This document shows, piece after piece, positions 23,931 to 35,677 of a DNA stretch of 64,000 nucleotides (its first letter is position 1; every line of letters begins with the position of its first letter). The notes beneath the pieces are model-generated. The model did not search any database. It saw only the letters and a list, made by a program, of their open reading frames with translations, and was not told the DNA's origin. Source of the DNA: Camelus dromedarius (taxonomy: Eukaryota); contig NC_087436.1 of assembly GCF_036321535.1 (NCBI RefSeq), forward strand, positions 82,090,001 to 82,154,000. The letters run 5' to 3'. Both the position numbers and the translations under genes were made by a program.

Positions 23931-24621
23931 TCTCCTTCTAGATGTGAAATCTCCAAGAACAAGGACCGTCTCTTACTTGTCTTTATAGCCCCAGAATTGA
24001 ACAGAATTAGTACCTGACACTTAGTAGCTATTAAGTGAAAGAATGGAGAAATGAAACAAAAACAGGAAGGGAACTTGTAGGAAAGGGGGATATTTAAAAG
24101 CAAAGTTAACCATGACTTGGTAAGTAATGGACTTTTTTTGATAATTGATAAACTTCAATTTCATTAATGTAATAAAGTTAGTTTTCTATATTTTGTGTTT
24201 TATTTTATTTTTTTATGTGTTTATTTATTTTTATTTACTTCTTAAATGGAAGTGTTAGGTAGTTGAGATAGAAATGAGCACTGGGCAGGGGGAGAGGAAG
24301 GGGAAAGGAACAATCCAGAACACAAGGAACCTGAGCTGTCAATCAACCAGAGCACAGGGAACCTGGATTGTCAATCAATCAATTAATCAGTCAGTCAATC
24401 AAGAAACCAGAATATAAAAACAGGAAAAACAAAGGAACAGTGCCATTTTTCCTCTCTTGGATCAGCCTGCTTCCAATTCCCAGGAGTGGACTATCTTCCA
24501 CTATTTTTTTAACTTCACTAATAAGAATCTTGCTTATATCACACTTTTTGTCTCTCGTCAAAAATCTTTTTTTTGGGTGACTAAGAACCGAGGTAGTTCT
24601 TATTTCCCTTTTCCCAGTAAC

Positions 24622-25331
24622 AGAAGTATAGTTAATTTACAATGTTGTTAGTTTCAGGTGTGCAGCAAAGTGATTTATATATATATGTGTGTATATTTGT
24701 ATTCTTCTTCAGATTCTTTTTCCATTATAGGTTATTACAAGATGTTGAATATCATTCCCTGTGCTATGCGTAGGCCCTTGCTTATCTGTTTTATATATAG
24801 CAGTGTGTATCTGTTAATCCCAAATTCCTAATTTATCACCTCTTTCCCCTTTGTTAACCATAAGTTTGTTTTCTACGTTTGAGTCTATATTTATTTTGTA
24901 AATAAGTTCATCTGTGTCATTTTTTCAGATTTCACATATAAGTGATATAATATGATATTTGTCTTTCTCTGTCTGACTTACTTCACTTAGTATGATAATC
25001 TCTAGGTCCATCCATGTTGCTGCTAATGGCATTATTTCATTCTTTTTTGTGGCTGAGTAATATATATATACCACATCTTTATGTATTCACCTGTCAATGG
25101 ACATTTAGGTTGTTTTCATGTGTTGGCTATTATAAATTGTGCTGTTATGAACATTGAGGTGCATGTATCTTTTTGAATTAGAGTTTTCATCTTTTCCAGA
25201 TATATGCCCAGGAGTGGGATTGCTGGATCATATACTAACCCTATTTTTAATTTTTTAAGGAACCTCCATACTGTTCTCCATAGTGGCTACACCAATTTAC
25301 ATTCCCACCAATGATGTAGGAGGGTTCCCTT
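24622..25331 (-). mobile_element. Younger (cetartiodactyl-type) L1 3' fragment
   Basis: tttacaatgttgttagtttcaggtgtgcagcaaagtgat...tctaggtccatccatgttgctgc...aggaacctccatactgttctccatagtggc. Confidence 0.9.
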
Positions 25332-28300
25332 GGAAATGGACATTTGAACCTGAATCCTGGGTCTATAATGGTACCAGCAGCAAAAGTTCATAACAAAATA
25401 GGAGGAATTGCATTGGGTGGGTTTTGGAAGAATAAATGGACAGAGTGAAAAACTATGAGTTTCTTACTACATATGCTGAGTTTGCTCTGCCTGTGTGACG
25501 ACCCTGGTGAAATTTCCTGCAAACAAATGAGGGTGATAGTCTAGAACTTAGAAGAGTGATATGGATTGAGTGAACCATAGTATTAAATTCTTAAAGTTGT
25601 GCCATAGTCTTTAGGGAGATTTTCTTTTTTTTTTTTTGGCATTCATATTTAATATCATTTAACTTTTATACATATTAATCATTGGTGTTTTACTTGTAGT
25701 ACTTCGTATTTTAAAAAACTACTTATTAAATTCTCCTTTCCTAGCAATCGCCCTGAGTTTGCAGGTCCACCCCAAAACTGTTCCTGAGGTTGCTCTTTCA
25801 GCCTGTAGTGCCTCCTTTAAACAAAGTCTTTGCCTGAAGAAACAGATTTTTTCAAAGCTCTAGTTATTTCTGGTGACACTTTGATAAACTACTGTAGCCA
25901 TTTTTTCTGCCTCTTTGAGACATTCAGTAGGGTGCTTTTACCCCCAGTCCTGCTCCCACTGGGGGACCATAACTTGGCTCTTATATTCTGGCTCTGCATG
26001 TTATTTCTTTCTCTTTTTCATTTTCCAACTATTTGGCTTTCCCATAATCCCTCAGTTTATTTATCATCTTCCTATTTAACCCTCCAGATGTAACTGTCAG
26101 AATGAAAACCCATTGCTAACTCCCTTGGGCTTGCTGATGTGGATTTAAGTGTAATAGACATTACGGTTGGGATATAGTTTGGGTATTTATACTAATCTAA
26201 TGCTGATAGTGGTGAAAACATAACCTTGAGCCACAAAAGAGCTAAGTTCAAATACTGTCACTGCTATTTATTTGCTATATAATCATAATAGAGGTGAATT
26301 ATCTCTCTGAGTTGATTCCTCCTTTATACATTAACTAGAACTATGCAAATGTTTTCAAGGGGATTAAAAAATATATATGTGTGAAATGTCTGGTAAATTG
26401 TAGACATTCAGTTAAACCCCTAAGTTCATTTCTTTAGAGAAAAATATGGATTTGTACTCATGTTCTTTTGCTCCAGATTCACTGCAATTTTCCAAGTTAC
26501 TACTTTAAATATGAAATTAATTTAACAGTACTATCACATGACTAAAAAATATTCATAATCTCCACTGGGATTGGGAAGTGGTGTGTAGTAGCAATAAGTA
26601 AAAACTCACACACAATCTGAAACATATTGTACTGAAAAAGTGATGTCAGGTCACTAGGAACCATGTTTTCCACAAAGTGTTCATGATAAAATACATGAAT
26701 TTTAATTATAATAATTGTGCATTTAGTTCTTCTTGCAGCAAAAGATAGCAGGTTTACATTTGCTTATCTGCCTCCCAAAGAAAGATGTAAAACTAGGAGT
26801 TTCTGTGTCTGCCTACAGTCTCTGCCCAGTTCTCCACACTTCTTCCATAGCCTTCCTGTCTCCTGTTGATTTTCATATGGCAGCCACAGTAGTCCTAAAT
26901 GCAACCTGATCAAATCAGTCTCCTACCCAGTGCACTTAGGATGAAAAGAAAACTCCCTAGGTTGGCACATAGGGCCCTTCACCATCGATTTCCAGTTGCC
27001 CTTTCCTGTCTTATTTCTTATCGTAATCTTTGCCTGGAGGTCCTACTCCCCCTCTCTCTTTGTGTTCTTTTTTGGGAAGTGGCCCTTCCTCCACTGCCCT
27101 TTACCTGGCTTAGGCCAATCCTTCCTCCTCTCTCCTCACTGGCCTCCTCTCCTCATCTACACCTCTTTATCCCAACTCTGGGTTGGTTGCTTTTTTTTTT
27201 TTTTTTTTCCCACAAGTTTTATGCTCTGATTAGAATTTGATTAGGTTTTATTTACCAACTTGGTAAGGATTTTTTTACACTTTGAAGAAATTCATTCTCT
27301 TTGAAACATACATGCAGTAGTTTCGGAATAAAATAATTTAAACTGCTGGTTTAAAATACTCAGGTCTTGCTGACTGCAGAATTTAGGAGTACTTCAGGCT
27401 GGCCAAACAAGAGGTTGTCAGGGTGGTGATGCAGGCACATTCCCCCCCGCCCCCGAGTCTCAATCTTAACATGTGTTCCTGCCCCCTTGTACAGTTCAGG
27501 AGCTCTGAGAATACAGTCCATGAGTGTCTATGAGACCCAGGGGATTCACTTGTTTGTCTTCAAAATTTAAGTAAAATCATGGCTGAAAATTGCCAGGTAA
27601 CTAACATCCCAGGAGTCCTTACATGAAGAGGCAGCTGAAAAAGTACCATAGCTGTATTAAGGGGAAAAAATTTTTTTTCCAGTTCTGTTGTGGAAAAGAT
27701 CACTGATGTCAGAGACATGCTTCACCTCAGCAGGAAACATAATCAGAAATAAGTGACCAGGTTGTCAGGATTAAGAAAGTGCTAGAATTTCATTGAGTGA
27801 GCTAAAAATGTAATTTAAGAATTCTTATAATAAAGAAGATAGAGGAAATTATAGCTAATAAAGTGAAATATCTCTGCATCTCTATTGCATGATTACTTTT
27901 CTTTTTTGTCATTTTTTTTTGAAAATTTACATATGGTATAATCATTATTTAAAGTAGCCTGCTTATTAACCGCTTATATAATGTAACCTGGAGAAAAGGC
28001 AGAAAAGCATCTTAAAAAAAAACCTCACTGGAATGACTATCTGCTTTTTCTTTACTTAGTATAAGAAAATTAGTTTTAATTTACATGTTTTAAAATAACT
28101 TAGCACCTTTCTGGAAATTAATCAATAGACGTGTGCATTCAAATTATTTATTCACCTGATTCCACAAGGCACTGGAATCTCAGGAGAACAGGAGTTCTGT
28201 CTTTGTCACTGATATGGCCCGTCACCCAGCACATTGCCTTAAAAATATTCCTATAAATGGAATGATCTCTTCTTTGAACCAAAGCTGCACCATCTTCAAC

Positions 28301-28482
28301 TAAAAAGTTTTACAAAATTACATCCCTCAGTTCCAAAAGCAGTAACATAAAATGATCAAACTTTGACTGTCGACATCATTTACTAAATTGACTACAGTTT
28401 GAATGTATCAGGAGGTATTATAGGATAAGGAACAGAAGATAGGAAAAAGTTTCAGATAGGAGAGGTAAAAACCTTCAGATTA

Positions 28483-28710
28483 AAAAAAAATTGAAGTATA
28501 TTTGATTTACAATGTGTTAGTTTCAGGTGTACAAGAAAGTGATTTATATGTATATATATTCTTTGATCCATTTTGAGTTTATTTTTGTGTATGGTGGAAG
28601 GGAGTGTTCTAGCTACATTGATTTACATGCTGCTGTCCAGTTTTCCCAATATATATTCTTTTTCAGATTCTTTTCCATTATAGGTTATTACAAGATATTG
28701 AATATAGTTC
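28483..28710 (-). mobile_element. L1 3' end with an embedded L1 ORF2 fragment
   Basis: 15-bp TSD aaaaccttcagatta (28468 / 28711). Confidence 0.8.
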
Positions 28711-29869
28711 AAAACCTTCAGATTATAAATGATGACTAGGCTGATGTATATTTTACAGTGAGATGCATTAATTCCATAACAAGAAGATTAAAATATTTGT
28801 TATGATTAGAATAGATATCAATCTGTTAGAAACCTTTAAGAAATGTGCAAACATACATCTGTCAGGGGTGACTCCTGTCCCACCCTGTCCAGGGAAGACC
28901 GCCAAAGGTTTCATCTGGAGGCACACCAGACCTCATCAGGGGCACCTTAATTATTTTACACGTTAAGGTAAATCAAATCGCTATCATCACAGAAGCTTAG
29001 AGAGAAGTTATATTTTGGAAAACAATCCATGGGAAATTAAGTCAAGTAGCCAAGAGTTTAATTTGGAAATGCAAAGATCTATCGATTGGGTTTTCAAACA
29101 ATATTCATGTAGACAATGAAGGAGTCTTGAGGGGCAAAGCAACAGCAACAACAACAAAAAAGTAAAAAATGAAGGAGAAAGAACATAAAGGGCACGGAAG
29201 GAGGTTATTTTCATATACTACATTTATTTACATTTACATTGCATTTGAGTAAGGTGATTTTCTTCATCCAAATAATTTCACCCATTTTAAACCATTTAGA
29301 TGTTGGGGGGAAAAGCCTGTCTGGGCCATTTGATGCAATCTTTCTGCATCTCTTTCGGGGGACGAGGTGAGAGAGGCAAAGAACTCAGCATGGTGCTTTC
29401 CTGGTATGTTGGTAAAAGGGATCGGGTAGCAACTTAACCAGACATTAGGTTTCCCTTCCTCTTTTGGATCTGTTTGCCAAAGCCCATATACCCACTAGAA
29501 TTTTCTAGGGTTGGGCTGGTGAAGAGAAAGAACCGGAAGGCTGGATTCAGGAGACCTGGTTTCCCATGCCATTTTTTTTAGCCTGTGATATTGGGCAAAA
29601 TACTTTATAGTTATTTTCAGCTCTTCCGTTTCATTATTTGGGAAATGGTCGCAATAATTTGTCTGTTTTAGAAAGTTACTGTGAAGATGAGATGAGCCTG
29701 TGTGTAAAAGCCCTTTATAAAACGTATAGCTCTCTATAATGTTAGTTACTATCTCCTTTAAAGGGCACAGAATCTCCTTCAACTGTGTAGGAGATTGCAA
29801 AAAGACTTCTTGACACTTTTAGTCAGAACTTGACCCTGAGCTTAATCTCTCTGTAAAGCGAAAGGGTTC

Positions 29870-31560
29870 TTGTGCCCCACAGCAGCCCGGGGCAGGGTCA
29901 CCCACGCTGTCGGTGCGGTCACTGCAGTATTCCATCCGGAGCGGCTGCTCGCCCTCGATCCTCCCACTGGTCTCCCGGGGAGGGCCGCGCTGTTCCTCTC
30001 CATCTGGGTGGCGCCAGCTAGAGGGCGTGGCCGGGGAAGAGCGGGAGGGGGCGTGGCCTCCTGGGGGAGGGTGTGGCCTCGCCTACCGGGCGTTCCGGGG
30101 CCGCCGGCGCGCGGAGCTTGCCAACCAGCAAGCGGACGAGCGCGCGGCCCCTGCGCACTCGGCCGCCGCCTGCGCGCGTCGCTGGCACAGCTGCGTTCTC
30201 GCCTCCGCGGCTGGAAGCCGAGTCCCGCGCGAGCCGCCGCTGAGCCTCGGGAGCACGCGCTCCCCTGCGCTCTCCGCACCCGCGCCCCTTCCCCACCGCA
30301 ACAGGTCTGGGGCGGGCGGAGGCGGCGAGGGCGCACGAGCCGAGACTGGAGGACTAAGGGTCTGGAAGGTAAGTGGAGTCCTGCGCCCAGCCTCGGGTTG
30401 GGGGTCAGCCCTGGCCCAGGCGCCGCGGCCGCTGACTTCTGGGAAGCCCAGGCTCTCCCGCCTAGCTGCCGGCTTCCCAGCACGCTGACTCAAGTCGCTG
30501 GCGTTCCCACTTTTCCGGTGGGAACCTTCGGGGAGAACCGGCGAAGGAAACGCAGAGCTCGTACCGCCCTCACTTACAAATCCGCTGCAGGTAGCGTCTA
30601 GAAAAACTGGGGAGGGGAACACAGGAAGAGACCCATCCTCCTCCCACTCTGCCCCTTCCCAAAATCAAACGTCTGCCTGTGCGCCCGGCGTTTTGCGGAA
30701 AAATGTTCTGTTGTTGGAACCTGGTCCCCAGGTTGCATAATAGAAGAATCCCAGAAGTTTCTCCGGGGGGATAAAATGGTGCTTTTCTTTCCCCCATTCC
30801 GAATCACCTCCCCCACAACACGGTCACCCCTCCCCCTTGCGTCTTATAGAGAGAGATTAGTGATTCCAATCCTATCAAACTGTAACTCAGATGGAGGCGT
30901 CCGTCGGTGGTCCGCAGCCTCTAGAGAGGGAGGGGAAAAGTTGGCGGCACCTTCTGGGACTTGTTCCTGGCGCAGAGGGAGACGGCATCTGCAGAACGTG
31001 GAACTGGTTAATTTCCCTTGATGATAATTTTTTTCTTGGTGACTGATCCTCTGCCGCACGCCGGCCCTCCGACTTTGCGAGCGCAGGGGTCGGCAATTTA
31101 AAAGGGAGAGGAATTGGAGGGTTACAGGAATCATACTTTACTTCACTGTAACGGTGGTTACGTTAATGAAGCTGCGAGGGACCTTCGAGGGTCTTGATAA
31201 TTTCCTCCTAGGTTAGTCTTCTCGGAGTTTACACACAGACCCCGTATTGTTGTGCAAATTTCTCAGGAAGACCCTTGGCTTTGGAGGTGGAGTTGTGTCC
31301 GAATCTTCCGGGAGCCCTTCTCTATTGAGGAGGGGGCGATGAAGGTGGGCGGTGGGGGAAGGTCTTGCAGACGAAATTTTGTTTTTTAAAGGGTGGGATA
31401 GGGTCCTTTTAGCTGTGTTGGTGCACGTTGGAGGCGGGGGTGGGTGGGGGATTACGTACCATCGAGAAGCCAGACATTTAAAACTTTTAAAGGCGAAAGC
31501 GCACGTTAAGGCGAAGATCCAGTGTCCCCTGGGACGGTTGCAAGGTGAGCTTAGTAATTG
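29870..31560. promoter_or_regulatory. AFF1: CpG island / AFF1 promoter
   Basis: Abrupt rise in GC and CpG density. Three SP/KLF boxes GGG(C/T)GTGGCC at 30023, 30049 and 30069. No obvious TATA box. Confidence 0.9.
30100..30368 (+). other. AFF1: AFF1 non-coding exon 1 (5' boundary approximate)
   Basis: Lies in the CpG-island core downstream of GC boxes, ends in a consensus donor GAAG|GTAAGT (intron starts 30369), and contains no ATG. Confidence 0.75.
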
Positions 31561-32883
31561 AGGCACAGAAACCTCAGGCAAGGGACCGGCCTGAGAGTTT
31601 GGGGGATTTTGCTTGTGCCAGATTATATCAGAGCAAGGTCATGCAGAAGTGGTAGATGGTAGGGTCTGTAGTGGAACATCTCTCCTGAACCTACGTGGGG
31701 TTAGACTTAGTGAGGATGGAAGACACGAGAAAACCTTTGGACTTGAGAGTCTAATTCTGCTCAGAGACTTAAGAATACCTAGGCATGGCCCTGTTTCAAT
31801 GTTTACTTCCTCTGTCTAATGTATTTCCTTAGCTTGCCTTTCATCTTTAGTGGAAAGGATTCCTTGAGTGAATACTCTGGAAATGAATTCACAGGAGGGT
31901 TGAAAATTCTGGATGATTCGCCTGTTTTATTTAAAGATGGTGTCTCTTGCCAGTGTTGGAAAGAATTGTATTTGAAGATAAATATGCCTAAGTGGATGGA
32001 GAGAACTGAAGGATAATTACCCAAGAGAATATGAAAAGAGACTAAGAGAAAGCCGGAAAATAGATAACTAGTACTTAAAACTGAGAAGACTAATCTGAAT
32101 TCAGCTAATTTAGGAGGGAGGGTACCAAAGAAAGTATTTGGAACAGATTTGGTCGCTTTAAGACGAAGAGGTATTGAAGAGTGGGACACAACGCTGTGAA
32201 AAAAAAAAGATATTGGGGACTTCCCTCCCCCTCCTTCCATTTCTAAATAGAACTTGCAGGAATGATGAGGCTGGGGATGTGAACTCTTTCCTTTCTACTT
32301 ACAGGAAGAAAATGAACTGCTATACATCAGAGTTAATATGTTTTATTCACTGTAGCAATTGAATTTCTGTAGTCTTTGGCATTTGGTATTTACTTAACTG
32401 TGTAAAAATGTGATTTTGAAGACTCATAATGTGTTAATTTAGAATACAAAAATCATCAAGAGACTGAGAATTTATGGCAACAGTAAAATCCAGGTGATTT
32501 TTCAACATTGCTTTCTCCTGCCAGATGCAGAGTACACATGCATTTTTTGCCACCAGAAGTCAGTATTTCACTGTGGGGCTATAAGCCAGTATGTAGTTAG
32601 ACTACATCAAAACTGGCTTTCTCTTCTGTTTCCTATTGGTTAACCAAATTTTGCAACGAGTTGGTGGAACTAATAGCTACCTTTTTTATTGATTAAGATA
32701 TTTGCTTAATTTGGTTTTGAATTACATTTGAAGAGTACTGTTTAATCAAGATACATATAGGAGTTGCATCTTTATTAGGAACCTCTACAAATCACTGTAG
32801 CCACGTGATTGTTTAGTGGAAGTTATATTGCCTTGGGAGTTGAAAAGATGGATAAAAAATAAGCTTAGAAAAGGCAAACTTCA

Positions 32884-33007
32884 GGGGAGAGTATAGCTCA
32901 GTGGCAGAGCGTGTGCGTAGCAAGCACAAGGTCCTGGATTCAACATCCCCAGTACCTTCATTAAAAAAAAAAAAAAGCCTAATTACCTTCTCTCCCTTAC
33001 CCCCTCT

Positions 33008-33045
<38 letters not shown>
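32884..33045 (+). mobile_element. Vic-1-type SINE
   Basis: tRNA head, cctaattacc, A/GAAAA tail; TSD approximately aaaaggcaaactt. Confidence 0.9.
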
Positions 33046-33048
<3 letters not shown>

Positions 33049-33222
33049 GGCAAACTTGTTTTCCATATTTTTAAAGAAGCAAATGAAAGTTTCCTACTCA
33101 ACTCTGTAATTTGTGCTTTTTCATCAAACATACTTGCATATTCTTTTAGGAAGTTAGTTGACTGGTAAAATTCCAAGTCTTGAAATGGCCTTAATGCTTT
33201 CACTTGTTAAAAGGTAGAACTA

Positions 33223-33361
33223 GGGGGGAGGGTATAGCTCAAGTGGTAGAGCGCATGCTTAGCCTACACAAGGTCCTGGGTTCAATCCCCAGTACCTGCT
33301 CCAAAAACAAAAATAAAACCTAATTACCTCCCCTCACCAAAAAAAAATACATAAATAAAAA
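33223..33361 (+). mobile_element. Vic-1-type SINE (young)
   Basis: Near-consensus head; perfect 15-bp TSD taaaaggtagaacta (33208 / 33362). Confidence 0.93.
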
Positions 33362-34884
33362 TAAAAGGTAGAACTAATGTATATATAAGTACCTGGATTG
33401 TTACAGCATACATAGGGGGCAGTATACCCTGCCCAGGTCCCTTAGGATATAGGCAACATAGCTGGGATATTCTCTTTACTGTTGAAGCTCTGCACTGAAA
33501 GCAGCCCTTCAGCTTGAATTCATTTGCTGACTTAGATATGTTTGTTGAAGCTACAAGCCCAAAGTTCCCCTATTTCAAGACTAGACCATTAACTAATTTT
33601 TCAGGAGATTGAGAAAGTGTGTTGGAGAGAGTACAAATTAAGGAACCACTTTTACCATAAATATAAAAAGTTTAGTAAATAAATTATATTTTTTCATTAA
33701 ATTATAAATTCAACAGTGATTTCTGTTCCCAAATTATATTGACAGTGGTTTTCTATCAGTCACTTTTTTATGCACAGTAGTAGCTTATTTAATATTTGCT
33801 ATATTGAATCTTACATTTTATTAAAATCGATTACATAAACCCTGTAAATCCATTTACTAAAATTCTATCTCATTGCAGATGTAAATATAAAGTATTTGTT
33901 CTTTGTAGGTACATATCCTTTATTTTTGACTGTATACGCACAAGAAATTATGATAGACTTCAGACCAGGAGACTCAAGGGCCATCAGGGTTGTTAATAGG
34001 AGTTTCTGTCTTATGCCTGAGGACAGAGCTCCGTCAGTAGTGTTCTCCAGGGGAAGAAAATCAGCTGATTTTCTTAAATTATCTGGCCCATTTTAAACAT
34101 GACTAAGGATTTCTAGTTGGAGTGACTTTTTCTTATTAAAAGACTGAGATGATTGTGACACATGGAGCCCAGAGGCATCAATTACATCATTAATATAATA
34201 TCTCATATTCATTTCTAATACCTTATAAGTATGGGGCATCTTCTATGTGCCAGGCAGTACTCTAAGCACTGGAGGAACTGATAACACCAGATCAAGAAAG
34301 AGAAAGAGCCCATGAAGGTAGAGTTTACATTCATGTAGCACAAAAGCTGTTTACCCATGGCTTTCACATGACATATCATTTAAACCTAATTGCAACTCTG
34401 AAGTTGGAGTTCATTTTCCATTTTAAAATCAGGAAATTGAGTTGAAGAAGTTAAGTGACTTGACTCTCTGACTCAAAGCCTGGTGCCCTTTCTACTATGG
34501 TACACTGTTGATATGTGGTTTCCTGTTTTTCAAGAATTACAGCTTGACTCTCAAATATAAATAGTGTTTCTCTTTGGCTAAGTAATTCTTTCTAATCATT
34601 ATGGGAATAAAAAGCAGGTATTTTCATTTAACATTCCGGACATATATTCGTGACTCCAAAGGAAAATGTGCAGACCTGTTAAACAGACATGTGGTGTTTG
34701 TTTTGCTCCAAATAAAGATTCTTACCTTCCTAAAAACTAAATACAAGGGCTGAGGAATCATCTCCCTTAGTACTTCAAATCCATTATTCAGGTTATGAAA
34801 GGTCAGTTCACATCCCTATGGAAATCAGGATATATCCATACCATTTCCTTCAATCTCATAGATACAGTGAATACATGCAATTTA

Positions 34885-35090
34885 GCAGTGTTTTTCAAAC
34901 TTAATAAGCATCAGAGTCTCCTGGAAGGCTTTTAAAGCACATTTATTTCTCTCCCTCCCCCTCCCCCCACCCTGAGGTTTTGATTCAATAGGTCTGGGGT
35001 GATGCCCAAGAATTTGCTCTTGTACCATGTTCAAGGGTGATTCAATACTGCTAGTTTTGGAATTACACTTTTTTTTGAGAGCTGCTTCAG
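34885..35090. mobile_element. MER5-like hAT element
   Basis: cagtgtttttcaaactt...gcatcagagtctcctggaagg...tgattcaataggtctggggtg motif. Confidence 0.65.
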
Positions 35091-35197
35091 TATAGCAAAG
35101 AATTTTAAAGTTTGATTTCTGAACCAGACAGCTTGGGCTTGAATCTTGGATATGCCACCTACTAGCTGTCAGACCTTAGGCAAATTACTTAACTTCT

Positions 35198-35677
35198 TGT
35201 CAAGAACTGTGAAAGCTCTGAGATTTCACCCTACTTTTAAGCCAACAAGCTAATCTTCAGTTTCATGTACTCCTGGGAAAGGCTTTATTATTCATAATAA
35301 TGGCTATAGCCAGAGTATCATTGTTTTCTTACACTGGTCCCCTCAGCCCTAGTTTCTAAAGAGGAGAGGTGCGAAGAGAACCAGATGACACCTATAAACA
35401 CAGCTGTATTAAGGAGAGGAATCCTGAGTTTAGGGAATCCTAATCTTTTATAATGGGCAGTAAGCATGCCTTCCTGCCCTTTGCTTCAGAGGGAGACATT
35501 ATTTTGATTATACTGGACAGTAAACATGCTGCCCTTTGCTCCAGAAAGACACGTATGTTTTCTTAAGGCTCTTCTCTAAAAAAGCATCCTGAAGGATTGT
35601 CTAGAATGAAGGCGGTTAGTGCCTCTGCGTAGACACGCAGAAATACCACAGGCCCGGGGATGACGGGCTTCCAACAC
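35198..35677. mobile_element. ERV LTR inserted in a MIR
   Basis: Starts tgtcaagaactgtgaaagctctgagatttcaccctac and ends ccaaca; MIR core sequence on both sides. Confidence 0.55.

Noticed and set aside
29842..30622. Long overlapping ORFs (179-243 aa) on both strands
   Set aside because: Stop-poor GC-rich CpG island, non-ATG starts, and low-complexity Arg/Ala/Gly/Pro composition.
33223..33297. tRNA-like genes (here and at other copies)
   Set aside because: These are SINE heads with family tail, poly(A) and TSDs, not tRNA genes.
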